IMG/VR virus record: IMGVR_UViG_3300042878_001497 | Span: 1-64,000 of that record | Origin: a virus | DNA: 64,000 nt | Reading direction: 5' to 3' (one strand) | In this document: positions 10,368 to 20,828 of the stretch, one piece after another | Position numbering within the stretch: position 1 is the stretch's first letter | Layout of the letters: each line of letters opens with the position of its first letter | The notes under the pieces: generated by a model | Database searches by the model: none | Told to the model about the DNA's origin: nothing | The model's input: the letters and a program-made list of their open reading frames with translations, nothing else | Translations under genes and position numbers: made by a program

Positions 10368-10368
10368 C

Positions 10369-12489
10369 ATGGGATCATCGTCCGGACCTAGGAATAGCCT
10401 AGCAACCAGCCTAGCGTTTGCTTTAGATGCAGCAGACACCAATACTATTACTCGCTGGTCTACTTTTAAAAACATGTCGTCATGGGGATTAGGATCCGGC
10501 GGAGCATCGGGATATTCTCAAAACGGAAATACTAACGAAAACGAAAGAGTCTGGGGTACAGACCCTTGGGGGAATAATGCTATCGTCTGGGAAACAAGAG
10601 CAAGCGGCGATGGCAACGCCGACGGCGGATGGAACGCTGACGGGTTTGGTATAGATAATACAAAACTTTATAGAACTTCCGTATGGGTTAAGAGAACCTC
10701 TAGTACAGGCGGCGGAACATTTTACCTGGGTACAAACGGCGGCGGACAATGCGTATTAAGATTATCAGACGGAGGAGAGGAATGTAACCCATACTGGCAT
10801 TGTGGCGGAGCTGGAGGTTTAACTCAAAATCAGTGGTACTTAGTTGTAGGACATTGTTTCCCGTATACTTATAATAGCTCAGCCGGCCACCCGGATACAG
10901 GGTTTTGGACTGTTGAGAACGGAGGTCAAAAAGTAGGCGGTATAAACGGATGTAACATCGGCAACGACTGTAAATCAGGTCCTTCTACGACTTCTCTTAA
11001 TCATAGAACTTACCACTACTACTGCGGGGATAGTACAACCCGTCTACAGTTTTATGATCCTAGAGTAGATCTAGTAGACGGTACTGAACCTAAAATTAGA
11101 GAGCTTCTAAAAGGACCAGCAGGCGCCACTCGAAACCCAGCCGGCCCCTACGCCCTTGGAGAGCTTGTAAACGGAATACAGTGGAGTCCAAGTAGAGGAG
11201 GAAGCTTTGTCTTCGATGGTACAAATGATTACATACAGTTGACCTCACATGCTTCAAAAGTAGTACCGGCAGGAAGCCAGGTAACAGTAGAGATTGTAAA
11301 TTACGGAGATGAAATTAGAAGCTCTTCTGTTATAGCAGGGTCTCATAACGGTTCAGATCAGAGCTTTAATATTCACCTACCCTGGTCAGATGGTAACATC
11401 TACTGGGACTGTGGACATCCTTTTAACCGTAACTATAAGTATGCAGGTAACGAAGTACTAGGTTGGCACCACTGGGTATTTACAAAAAATGTAAGTACCG
11501 GTATTATGAATATATATAGAGATGGAGTACTATGGTCTACAAACTCAGGTCAGACTTCAGCTATACCTACTTACACTTCTATGGTTATAGGAGCATACAC
11601 TAATAATGGATCTTCTACAAACTATTACCATAAGGGAACTGTACCGGTACTCAACACGTATAACCGGGAACTAACAGCAGCAGAAATTGCAGAAAATTAT
11701 AAGAACTATGCTAAGAGATATCCTCACAATATCACCATAGGAACTCAAAACTACCCTGCCTCTTCAGCTTCGGATATTAAAACAGCAAACCCAGACGCCC
11801 AGGACGGTATCTACTGGTTTACAATAGGAGGATCGACCTTCCAGGCACCAGTAATGTTTCATGCCGGTAAAGGTATGATCTGTGTTATGAAAGGAGGAGG
11901 AGGAAACGGATTTCTTCCAGATAATGCCCTATGGGAGAATAGCAGCACTCAAAACACATCAGACTTTGATTTAAATAGTAACGTAGCAAGTAAATATGCA
12001 AGCTACCATACAGTTCCTCTATCGGAATTTTACTTTAAACTAGGAGCTACAAACTACCCAGTAACGTTTAGGTTAGCAACTGCTGCTTCTAGTATGCTAG
12101 TAGCCCAGCAACGAAGCTGGAATGATTCCGGAAACAGAAGCACTCCTCACTACGGAATGAATCAGGACTACAGGACAGTCCAAGGCGCTGACGCAGGTAT
12201 TACTGCTACTATGGGAACAGAAATCTATATGTACGGAATGGATCTTAAACACGAAGGTCACTACGGAGGCGGTGCTGGAAACTCAGGCGGTAGAATCAGA
12301 GCAGGAAGTATTCTGGATGAAAGCACAGGGAATACAGGAGCTTTAAGCTACGGTACAGCCGGCTCAGCTTTCGGTATAGGAGTTAACGGAGGTAACCCGT
12401 TAAAAACAGCAGTTGTTGGATATGCAGGATGGTCTGAATCTTCTGTCTATGCTTCTACTACTCAGTGGAGCTTATGGGTGGTGTCCTAA
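10369..12489 (+). CDS. Multidomain LamG lectin-like virion protein with fibrinogen-like C-terminal region
   Basis: LDAAD start, FDGTNDY, YNRELTAAEI; PASSASDIK...DGIYW. Confidence 0.75.
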   Translation: MGSSSGPRNSLATSLAFALDAADTNTITRWSTFKNMSSWGLGSGGASGYSQNGNTNENERVWGTDPWGNNAIVWETRASGDGNADGGWNADGFGIDNTKLYRTSVWVKRTSSTGGGTFYLGTNGGGQCVLRLSDGGEECNPYWHCGGAGGLTQNQWYLVVGHCFPYTYNSSAGHPDTGFWTVENGGQKVGGINGCNIGNDCKSGPSTTSLNHRTYHYYCGDSTTRLQFYDPRVDLVDGTEPKIRELLKGPAGATRNPAGPYALGELVNGIQWSPSRGGSFVFDGTNDYIQLTSHASKVVPAGSQVTVEIVNYGDEIRSSSVIAGSHNGSDQSFNIHLPWSDGNIYWDCGHPFNRNYKYAGNEVLGWHHWVFTKNVSTGIMNIYRDGVLWSTNSGQTSAIPTYTSMVIGAYTNNGSSTNYYHKGTVPVLNTYNRELTAAEIAENYKNYAKRYPHNITIGTQNYPASSASDIKTANPDAQDGIYWFTIGGSTFQAPVMFHAGKGMICVMKGGGGNGFLPDNALWENSSTQNTSDFDLNSNVASKYASYHTVPLSEFYFKLGATNYPVTFRLATAASSMLVAQQRSWNDSGNRSTPHYGMNQDYRTVQGADAGITATMGTEIYMYGMDLKHEGHYGGGAGNSGGRIRAGSILDESTGNTGALSYGTAGSAFGIGVNGGNPLKTAVVGYAGWSESSVYASTTQWSLWVVS

Positions 12490-12504
12490 TTATAATAGCA
12501 AACT

Positions 12505-13692
12505 ATGTTCTTCTCTCCTAAAACATCTGCCGACGGTCTGGTATTTCATTACGATACCGGTAATACTGTACGTTCGTATCTGGGAGAGCCGACGGTTAAT
12601 TTGCTATACAGTGCCGGCGCTTATAACCTTATAGACGGAGCTACTGACATATACGGTAGATGTACTAGAACTGATCTAGGCAACGGAAAGTACAGGTTTG
12701 TAAATAACGGAACAGGAGTTAGTACTGTCAGAGTTTATACCAACCAGGGGGATTTAATAAACGGAGCAACATATGCATGCAGTGTATACTACGAAAATTT
12801 AGTAGGTGGTATAGGCATAGACTGGTGTGATACCGGCATAACAGGTTTAAACTATTCAACTAACGTATCAGGGAGGCTAGGTGGATACGGTACCCGGGGT
12901 ACGTACGACGGACCTTACTATTTTCTGGATATTAATTTTGATTCCGGAGGAGCTGTAACTTTATATAATCCGCAGGTTGAATACAAATCACACGTTACCC
13001 CCTTTGTAGCCGGAACCCGATCAGCAACCCAGGGATTAAAAGACTTGACAGGAAATAAGACAATCGACCTATCTACTGTATCATTTGACTCAAATGCTCA
13101 AATGACTTTTGATGGAACTGACGATACTCTTGATACCGGAATCCCCTTGACTACCCTACCGGCTCTTTCAAACTTCACTATTGAATGTACGGTAAAGATT
13201 GACGCATATCCTACAGCTGCACCTCCTAACTTTTACAACAACACTACTAGAGCTGGGGTTTTAGTAGGAGCTACATACTACAGCGGAACCGCTCTATACT
13301 GGTACGGAAATAGTTCCGGTACAGCATGTACAATCTACGGCTATATCAGGGGAGCAGATGCTTATAGAAATACTGCAGGGTTTAATCTAACACCAGGTCG
13401 CTACCATCATTTAGTACTGGTAAATGATTACTCTGGAGGAACTATAAAACTTTATGCAAACGGTACTTTGAATGGATCAGCTACTACCGCCACTCAGGAG
13501 TATAATCCTAGCCTGACCCCATCCGCTGGCAATATCGGAATCAGCAAAGCTCAGGTAGACGGCGGTGGCGAATCGGTATACTCTTACCTACCCTGCCAGG
13601 TACCGTCTGTAAAGATTTTCAACCGAGCATTAACAGCCGACGAAGTGGCAAGAAACTATAACGCGATTAAATCACGTTTTAACATAGGATAA
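12505..13692 (+). CDS. LamG lectin-like protein with inserted variable domain
   Basis: YDTGN.RSYLGEPTVN, FDGTDD, FNRALTADEV. Confidence 0.8.
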   Translation: MFFSPKTSADGLVFHYDTGNTVRSYLGEPTVNLLYSAGAYNLIDGATDIYGRCTRTDLGNGKYRFVNNGTGVSTVRVYTNQGDLINGATYACSVYYENLVGGIGIDWCDTGITGLNYSTNVSGRLGGYGTRGTYDGPYYFLDINFDSGGAVTLYNPQVEYKSHVTPFVAGTRSATQGLKDLTGNKTIDLSTVSFDSNAQMTFDGTDDTLDTGIPLTTLPALSNFTIECTVKIDAYPTAAPPNFYNNTTRAGVLVGATYYSGTALYWYGNSSGTACTIYGYIRGADAYRNTAGFNLTPGRYHHLVLVNDYSGGTIKLYANGTLNGSATTATQEYNPSLTPSAGNIGISKAQVDGGGESVYSYLPCQVPSVKIFNRALTADEVARNYNAIKSRFNIG

Positions 13693-13693
13693 G

Positions 13694-14434
13694 ATGGGAA
13701 TTAGAAGAGGACCGAATATTATAAGAGAAGGACTGGTACTATCCCTGGATGCCGGTAATGTGAGATCTTATCCGGGATCTGGAGCTACCTGGTATGATGT
13801 GAGCGGGAACGGTAATAACGGAACTATAAGCAATGGAGAATTTGTTACCAGTCAAAGATACTTAAGAAATTCTGGAAACGTATCTAACTTTTTTACAATT
13901 AGTATTCCACATAGTACTAGCTTAAATTCTGCACTTACTACAACCACGGGCGGATGGACTATTGAAGAAATTATCTGGACTAATTCTGTAGATTATCCGG
14001 AAGCAGACGGAGGTAGTGTAGCCAGTGATATAGCTTACGGAGGAGGCGCTACTGGATTTGATTGGAACCATGGCAATGGTTTAAATTCTGTAAGATTTGG
14101 TATGAGCAGTAACTCAGGAGGATCCTACGAAGACGATGTGTACATTTCAACAGGAGTTATTAACCAGACTAACACCTGGAGAGCTCGTACAATGATCTGG
14201 AACAGAGGAGCTAGTCAGGTAGGACTTTATATGGACGGAATTTACATGGGTGCTGCAAGTACTCCTAACACTGCCGGAACCGCTGTGTATGATGGAGGAG
14301 GAATAGTATTCGGAAGCCTGTACGGATGGAAACATTACGGAAGACGAGCTAGTATTAAACTATACAACCGAGTACTCACAGCCTCAGAAATTCTACAGAA
14401 CTACAACATGACTAAATCTAGATTCGGTAAGTAA
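13694..14434 (+). CDS. LamG lectin-like protein
   Basis: LDAGNVRSYPGSGATWYDVSGNGN; YNRVLTASEI. Confidence 0.8.
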   Translation: MGIRRGPNIIREGLVLSLDAGNVRSYPGSGATWYDVSGNGNNGTISNGEFVTSQRYLRNSGNVSNFFTISIPHSTSLNSALTTTTGGWTIEEIIWTNSVDYPEADGGSVASDIAYGGGATGFDWNHGNGLNSVRFGMSSNSGGSYEDDVYISTGVINQTNTWRARTMIWNRGASQVGLYMDGIYMGAASTPNTAGTAVYDGGGIVFGSLYGWKHYGRRASIKLYNRVLTASEILQNYNMTKSRFGK

Positions 14435-15561
14435 TGGCAAGTAGAATATCCCCGTACGTAGATAATACCGGACTGGTGTTTGCTTATGATCTAGCGAATA
14501 TCAAGCGTTCGTATTTAGGAGAGCCGACGGTTAATCTTGTAATTTCACCAGACGGTAATGCTAATGTTATCACGTCTGATATCCCCCCTCAAACTAACGT
14601 TATCGGGTTTGCTCAATATAGCAGTGGCTATTTTGTAAACCCTAGAAATACTACAAATACTGCAGCTACAGGTAAAACCTTTACCTACTCAGTGTGGATG
14701 CGATCTAGATCTGCTACCTCTAGTACCTACCTAATGTATGTATACACAGGAACCGGTCCTGACGGTGGGTGGTGGTATTTTGGTGACGGACCTCTTACTC
14801 AAGACTGGAATAAGTACTCTTATAGTAGGAGTGATATGACCGGTACAATCTCTCAGGTTACAGTATACCGGTACAATCAACTAGGTACGATCGATATCGC
14901 CGCCCCACAGATTGAAGAAAAAACACATCCAACCCAGTTCACCGCCGGAACCCGTTCCGTCACCCAAGGCCTCAAAGACTTAACCGGCAGATCAACCATC
15001 GATCTAACAAATGTATCATTTGATGCAAATGCTCAAATAACTTTTGATGGTACGGATGACCACATACTGACTTCTGAAAATATAACACTAAACGGATCTC
15101 AGACATTTGAAGTTATAACAACAATCTCCGGAGGACCACAATCCCCAGCAGGTATAATCTCAAATCACGATTATGCTAATACAAGTAATTTTGGACTTAA
15201 CCATATAAGTAGTAATAGAATAGGAATATCTATAGGATACACAGACAATACTAGAGAATATGATTCCAAATATACAACATATGCCGCTACTATAGGGACT
15301 CCTTTTCATCTTGTAATGACCTTCGACCAGCCTTCAAATACAGTTAAACTATATGTTAATGGTGCCTTAGATTCTACTTTTGTTTTAACTAAAACTGTAA
15401 AATTTACAAACAGACCAATAGTATTAGGAAGATGGGACTACCAATACAATTACTACTACTTTAACGGTAAAGTACCAGTAGCTAAAGTTTATAACAGAGC
15501 ACTACCAGCCTCAGAAATCCAGCAAAACTTCAACGCAATCAAAGGACGTTACGGTCTCTAA
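14434..15561 (+). CDS. LamG lectin-like protein with inserted variable domain
   Basis: RSYLGEPTVN; FDGTDD; YNRALPASEI. Confidence 0.8.
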   Translation: MASRISPYVDNTGLVFAYDLANIKRSYLGEPTVNLVISPDGNANVITSDIPPQTNVIGFAQYSSGYFVNPRNTTNTAATGKTFTYSVWMRSRSATSSTYLMYVYTGTGPDGGWWYFGDGPLTQDWNKYSYSRSDMTGTISQVTVYRYNQLGTIDIAAPQIEEKTHPTQFTAGTRSVTQGLKDLTGRSTIDLTNVSFDANAQITFDGTDDHILTSENITLNGSQTFEVITTISGGPQSPAGIISNHDYANTSNFGLNHISSNRIGISIGYTDNTREYDSKYTTYAATIGTPFHLVMTFDQPSNTVKLYVNGALDSTFVLTKTVKFTNRPIVLGRWDYQYNYYYFNGKVPVAKVYNRALPASEIQQNFNAIKGRYGL

Positions 15562-15573
15562 ATATTTATAGTT

Positions 15574-16794
15574 ATGGCAATAGCAGCAGGCTTCAGCAAA
15601 ACAGTCACCGACGGACTCATACTCGGGTATGATACCGCAGATACTATCAACAGCTTTAGAGGTCAACCAACCATCAACAAGTTCGCACTCCCGGGTACAG
15701 CCGGACCAGGCCCAGCCTCAGACAACAACGTTGGATTTGAAGTAAACGGAAACGGTACGTTTGTGAGACTGGGTTGGGGGCAGATGATAGGGGACTACCT
15801 CACACAGCCCGGGGACGTAGTCTACAAGTACACTCTAGGATCGAATGGATGTCACTACCACGGCAATGACCTAGCAATACCCGGTGGAACCTATGCAACC
15901 TTCACGATGGATTACTACGTAACTCCTGATGCTACAGGCTTTCCGGAAAACTCAACTCTACTTGTTTTTGAAAACGCCTTAGGAGGATCTACTAATGTAA
16001 ACTCGGAGGTAGGTGTTTGGCGCACCCTCACTTTTACTTCCGGTCCAACAGGCGGAGCCGGCACCCTTAGAATGCTAGTCTACCCGGGAGGCTGCGGACC
16101 CCGCATGGCATCAAGCGGTACCCTTTACATGAAAAACCCAAGAGTTGAATACAGGGCATACAGTACAGCCTTTGTAAACGGTGAAAGAACAGCAACTAGA
16201 AGTTTATTGGATGTAAAGAACAGTTTTACTTTCGACGTTTCGAATGCTTCATTTGTTTCACCCGGTAATATGGAGTTTGACGGCACAAACGATTCGATTA
16301 CAGCAGCCTGTAGCGGGGAGATGTATTGCCTGGAGATGGTGCTGTACAACAACAACGCTATTCCCGGGAACGACACCGCTATTGGAGGACCTTCAACCTA
16401 CCAGACTCCTATTTCATGGAACGGAACTAGTAACGGAGTCCACCTAGGAGCATGGACAGGTGGATTTAGTAATGAAGCAATACATATCTGGAACGGAGGA
16501 GGTGCGACCTCTACACAAACTGCCCGTCCAGTAGGGTACCACCACGTACTGTTTAACTGGAATGGAAGCAGCTACGATATTTGGGTGGACGGAGACAAAG
16601 AAATTACATACCCGTTAAGCGGAACCACTCACGCTTCCAGAGTCACTATAAGCTCAGCCCTCAGAGTAGGAGGGGATCCGGACAATTACTTCTTTAACGG
16701 AAAAATACCAGTAGTTAAAACGTACAATAGAGCTCTGACAACCTCAGAGATTCTACAGAATTTTAGCACTTATAGAGCCCGGTATAAGATATAA
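15574..16794 (+). CDS. LamG lectin-like protein with inserted variable domain
   Basis: SFRGQPTIN; FDGTND; YNRALTTSEI. Confidence 0.8.
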   Translation: MAIAAGFSKTVTDGLILGYDTADTINSFRGQPTINKFALPGTAGPGPASDNNVGFEVNGNGTFVRLGWGQMIGDYLTQPGDVVYKYTLGSNGCHYHGNDLAIPGGTYATFTMDYYVTPDATGFPENSTLLVFENALGGSTNVNSEVGVWRTLTFTSGPTGGAGTLRMLVYPGGCGPRMASSGTLYMKNPRVEYRAYSTAFVNGERTATRSLLDVKNSFTFDVSNASFVSPGNMEFDGTNDSITAACSGEMYCLEMVLYNNNAIPGNDTAIGGPSTYQTPISWNGTSNGVHLGAWTGGFSNEAIHIWNGGGATSTQTARPVGYHHVLFNWNGSSYDIWVDGDKEITYPLSGTTHASRVTISSALRVGGDPDNYFFNGKIPVVKTYNRALTTSEILQNFSTYRARYKI

Positions 16795-16826
16795 GATATT
16801 GATATTTATAATTAAACTAAAAAACC

Positions 16827-17174
16827 ATGAGTATGTTTGAAAACAGGCGCTGGGTGATCATCCCGGTCACCGAAGTAACCAACATCGACTTCAGTCAAGT
16901 AATGGAATCTTCCCCTGAAAGCCTCCGGCATTCGGTAGACGGTTCTAAGACCTTCATCAAGTATGAAATCAATATCATACCCCAGGACATCACCCACACC
17001 TTTACCGACATTGAAACCGGTGAGGAGAGGACCTCTGTGACTCTGGCCGGAACTTACGGCCGTCCGGACTTTCTGGACTACGACGTAGTAACGGAATATA
17101 ATCATTCTGAGATTCTAGCAATCCTAGCTACCGAAGAGTGGACTGCCCCTAGAACTGAAGGAGCACCAATTTAA
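16827..17174 (+). CDS. Hypothetical protein
   Basis: ORF after TATTTATA motif, following the LamG array. Confidence 0.65.
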   Translation: MSMFENRRWVIIPVTEVTNIDFSQVMESSPESLRHSVDGSKTFIKYEINIIPQDITHTFTDIETGEERTSVTLAGTYGRPDFLDYDVVTEYNHSEILAILATEEWTAPRTEGAPI

Positions 17175-17187
17175 TATTTTTTAAGTT

Positions 17188-17352
17188 ATGGAATCAAAAG
17201 GACTCGGCGATTCAATCGCAAAAGTAACACAGGTAACAGGAATTGCAAAGGCTGTAGAAACAGTAACTCATGCAGTCGGTATTCCGGACTGCGGATGCAA
17301 GAAAAGACAAGAGCAATTAAATAATCTCTTCCCTTACAGTACTACAAAATAA
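17188..17352 (+). CDS. Small protein with GLGD...DCGC motif (54 aa, not in ORF track)
   Basis: MESKGLGDSIAKVT...DCGCKKRQEQLN read directly. Confidence 0.65.
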   Translation: MESKGLGDSIAKVTQVTGIAKAVETVTHAVGIPDCGCKKRQEQLNNLFPYSTTK

Positions 17353-17389
17353 CACGTATTTTTAACGACTTGCATGCCATGCACACACC

Positions 17390-17411
17390 AGAGGGTTTCG
17401 GCCCTCTTTTT
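17390..17411 (+). terminator. Intrinsic terminator
   Basis: AGAGGGT-TTCG-GCCCTCT followed by T run. Confidence 0.75.
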
Positions 17412-17435
17412 CTATTTATATAAAACTTTCCCCAC

Positions 17436-18443
17436 ATGGCTTTAGGAGACAAAAAATCTGGATTACAACCTAGCTCTGTACAGGCACAGCAGTACAGACT
17501 ACAGTTCTCTAATCTAACATCGAGAGCAGCCCGTACCATTACTAGCGGACAGGCTGCACAGCCTATCAGCAGACCTGCTGTCTCTACGCTAGCACCACCT
17601 CCGGCCGGCCCAACTACAGGCGGTTCATCACAAGGATCAGACACCTCACAGGGTTCCGGAACAACACCTTCAATTTTTAAGAAGGCAGCATTCTTCGACG
17701 GAGCAACTGCCCTATCAGCTTCCCTAGTAGGAGGTAATGAGGCAGGTACTGGAAGAGCTGCTAACAACCAGATTGAAATTGCACTAGTATTCAAACCGGT
17801 ACTTTTCTCAGACAACACCCGCCGTACAATCTTTCATACCTACAGTGGAAGTGCAATGAGTCAATCTTTAGAACTTTATACAATAGGTCCTACTCTCTAT
17901 TTAGAGATGACTCACGACGTAACTACCTTAAATGGACAAACAGTACCTTATACCTGGTATACAAGCACAGATCTAGGCTGGGCTAAGGCAGCTGGATATG
18001 CTGAACATACAACCAATCAGTATACCTATTATGCAAATAGAATGAACCCAATATACGTCGCTTCTACTTTTGTTATATTGAAAGGGAATATAATGACTTT
18101 TGGAGGAGTAGGAAACAAGACAAGCTTCCCAATTGAGATAAACCCAAATTTTAATACTACCAATAATACACACTTCTATATTGGAGGATCTCCAGCTAAA
18201 AATAGTTATTTCTCAGGCTCTATTGCTTCTATTACGTTTACAAGCGGTAGCTACCTTCCTAACCAGACCTGGGGAGATATAGCATTACGCGATAAACCTG
18301 CAGAAACAGCAACCCCTCAACTAAGGACCTATACATTCAACAACGCTGTAGTAGAAACTACAGGAAGTCAGGCTAGGTATTCACGTCCTCTAATGGTAGT
18401 AACCGGAAGCTTGACCTACGTCGATGGCTATTTGAGAAACTAA
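17436..18443 (+). CDS. Virion protein with divergent LamG-like domain
   Basis: FFDGAT; YIGGSP...FSGSIA; upstream of sheath. Confidence 0.55.
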   Translation: MALGDKKSGLQPSSVQAQQYRLQFSNLTSRAARTITSGQAAQPISRPAVSTLAPPPAGPTTGGSSQGSDTSQGSGTTPSIFKKAAFFDGATALSASLVGGNEAGTGRAANNQIEIALVFKPVLFSDNTRRTIFHTYSGSAMSQSLELYTIGPTLYLEMTHDVTTLNGQTVPYTWYTSTDLGWAKAAGYAEHTTNQYTYYANRMNPIYVASTFVILKGNIMTFGGVGNKTSFPIEINPNFNTTNNTHFYIGGSPAKNSYFSGSIASITFTSGSYLPNQTWGDIALRDKPAETATPQLRTYTFNNAVVETTGSQARYSRPLMVVTGSLTYVDGYLRN

Positions 18444-18497
18444 TGGTTTGTACTAAAGACACATATTTATATTAAGATCAATTAACCTTTCATCAAA

Positions 18498-20225
18498 ATG
18501 GCAGAAAGAATTTTATCACCAGGCGTTTTTTCAAGAGAGAATGACCTGTCTTTCGTAACCCCAGCTGCTGCTGAAATTTCTACAGCGCTTGTAGGACCTA
18601 CCGCAAGAGGTCCTGTTAGCATCCCGACTGTAGTTCGTTCATATGGCGAGTACTTAAACGTATTCGGTGGCTCATTCAAATCAGGTAGCGACTACTACTC
18701 ACACTTCACTGCATTAACTGCCGAGAAGTATTTCGAGCAGGGCGGTACAAGCCTTCTAGTAACCAGAGTATCTGACCAGTCGTTCTCTCCTGCTACTGCT
18801 ACTGTAGCAAGTGCTAGTACAACGCTCTTCACTCTTGCTACTATCGGCGAGGGTACGATCATGAACAACAGCGGTAGCGTAGGCAGCAACAACGCACTTG
18901 GTACAGGTTCAGTAGATAATGTAAGATGGGAGATTACTTCTGCCAATTCTTCTCTCGGTACTTTCTCGCTTGTAGTTAGAAGAGGTGACGATAACGAAAG
19001 AAATAAAATCATTCTCGAGTCTTACTCTAACCTATCTCTTGACCCTAAATCACCAAACTACGTTTCTAAGCAGATCGGTGATATGTACAAAACAGTAGGT
19101 GTAGACGGAGCTGTATCAATCAACGGAGAATACCAAAACGCTTCTAAGTACGTTTACGTAGACTCTGTAGCAGTTAAGACCCCAGATTACTTTGATAACA
19201 ACGGTACTGCTAAATCAGCCTACACTCCATACTTCGCTGCAGGACTAGCAGGAGCTTCTGGTTCAGCTCACGGTTCATTCACAGGAGCAACTGGTACCCT
19301 ATTCAACAACGTAGCTGCAGCATTCGGATCATCAGCTCCATCTGCAACAGAATCACAAGGTATTGATCCTTCTAATAGCAGTGCTTACGCTCTTGCTAAA
19401 CTAACTCTAGGGAACAGAGACGAGTACAAATTCAACGTACTTCTAACCCCAGGTATCTACGATAGCGTACACTCTTCACGAGTAGGGGCTTTTGTAGACC
19501 TTGCAGAAGAAAGAGGAGATTTAATCTATATTCTTGACACCGTTCCTTACGCAGGTACATTAACAGGTGCAACTACTCAAGCTTCTGCACTTAACAGCTC
19601 ATTCGCAGCCACTTACTGGCCTTGGGTTAAAGTTAGAAGTCAGGAACTAGGAAGAGACATCTGGTCTCCAGCCTCTACAGTATTAGGCGGTGTATTTGCC
19701 TTCAACGACAAAGTAGGTGCTGAATGGTTCGCACCAGCAGGCCTACTAAGAGGTGGTATCCCAGGCGTGACTATGGCAGCAAGAAAGCTTTCTCAATCAG
19801 ACAGAGACACTCTTTACTTAGCCAAAGTTAACCCACTTGCTACATTCCCAGGAACAGGAGTAGTTGCTTACGGTCAGAAGACTTTACAGACTAAGTCTTC
19901 AGCTCTAGACAGAGTAAACGTAAGAAGATTACTTATCAACCTTAAGAACTTCATTGGTGATCAGGCTAACAACCTAGTATTCGAACAGAACACAATCACA
20001 ACTCGTAACAGATTCCTTGCTCTAGTAAATCCTTACTTAGACACAGTAGTACAGCGCCAAGGCTTGTACGCTTACAGAGTTGTAATGGACGACACCAACA
20101 ACACTGCTGACGTTATCGATAGAAACCAGTTAGTAGGTCAGATCTTCATCCAACCTACCAAGACTGCGGAATTCATCGTACTTGACTTCGTAGTTCAACC
20201 TACAGGAGCAACATTTAACGTATAA
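18498..20225 (+). CDS. Tail sheath protein
   Basis: LSPGVFSREND; WFAPAG..RG; LDRVNVRRL; IQPTKTAEFIVLDF. Confidence 0.95.
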   Translation: MAERILSPGVFSRENDLSFVTPAAAEISTALVGPTARGPVSIPTVVRSYGEYLNVFGGSFKSGSDYYSHFTALTAEKYFEQGGTSLLVTRVSDQSFSPATATVASASTTLFTLATIGEGTIMNNSGSVGSNNALGTGSVDNVRWEITSANSSLGTFSLVVRRGDDNERNKIILESYSNLSLDPKSPNYVSKQIGDMYKTVGVDGAVSINGEYQNASKYVYVDSVAVKTPDYFDNNGTAKSAYTPYFAAGLAGASGSAHGSFTGATGTLFNNVAAAFGSSAPSATESQGIDPSNSSAYALAKLTLGNRDEYKFNVLLTPGIYDSVHSSRVGAFVDLAEERGDLIYILDTVPYAGTLTGATTQASALNSSFAATYWPWVKVRSQELGRDIWSPASTVLGGVFAFNDKVGAEWFAPAGLLRGGIPGVTMAARKLSQSDRDTLYLAKVNPLATFPGTGVVAYGQKTLQTKSSALDRVNVRRLLINLKNFIGDQANNLVFEQNTITTRNRFLALVNPYLDTVVQRQGLYAYRVVMDDTNNTADVIDRNQLVGQIFIQPTKTAEFIVLDFVVQPTGATFNV

Positions 20226-20256
20226 GCTATTTATAATTAAATAATCAGACAGCAAA

Positions 20257-20742
20257 ATGCCAGTACTAGATCCAAACGAAATCATGTTCACCGCCTTCGA
20301 GCCGAAGGTAGCTAACAGGTTTATCATGTACATCGATGGAATTCCATCATACTTGGTTAAGAGTGCAACTTCACCTTCATTCACTGATGGTGTTATCAAG
20401 CTTGACCACATCAACACTTACAGAAAAATCCGTGGTAAAAGAGAGTGGCAGAACATGACTCTAAACCTTTACGATCCAATCACTCCCTCAGGTGCTCAGG
20501 CAGTTATGGAGTGGGCTCGTCTAGGATACGAATCAGTAACTGGCCGTGCTGGATACTCAGACTTCTACAAGAAAGACGTAACCCTAAACGTACTAGGACC
20601 TGTAGGTGATATCGTTGGTGAATGGATCATTAAAGGTGCATTTGTAGTCTCTTCTAACTTCGGTCAGTATAACTGGTCTACAGAAGATGCCATCAACGTT
20701 GAGCTGCAGCTTGCAATGGACTACTGCGTATTGAACTTCTAA
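20257..20742 (+). CDS. Tail tube protein (T4 gp19-like)
   Basis: Follows sheath; FEPK..NRF; W...TLNLYDPI. Confidence 0.9.
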   Translation: MPVLDPNEIMFTAFEPKVANRFIMYIDGIPSYLVKSATSPSFTDGVIKLDHINTYRKIRGKREWQNMTLNLYDPITPSGAQAVMEWARLGYESVTGRAGYSDFYKKDVTLNVLGPVGDIVGEWIIKGAFVVSSNFGQYNWSTEDAINVELQLAMDYCVLNF

Positions 20743-20764
20743 ACCCCGCCCTGTCAAACAGCGC

Positions 20765-20792
20765 AAGCCCGGTCTTTATGGCCGGGTTTTTT
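20765..20792 (+). terminator. Intrinsic terminator after tail tube
   Basis: GCCCGGTC-TTTAT-GGCCGGGT followed by T run. Confidence 0.8.
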
Positions 20793-20828
20793 ATTTTCAT
20801 ATATTTATATATAAATTAATAAAGTTAT

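Noticed and set aside
712-16794. Diversity-generating retroelement acting on fibre or LamG genes
   Set aside because: No reverse transcriptase in the window and no template/variable repeat pair differing at adenines was seen.
17342-17818. 158-aa minus-strand ORF and similar antisense ORFs throughout
   Set aside because: They overlap well-supported + strand genes and have no recognisable motifs.
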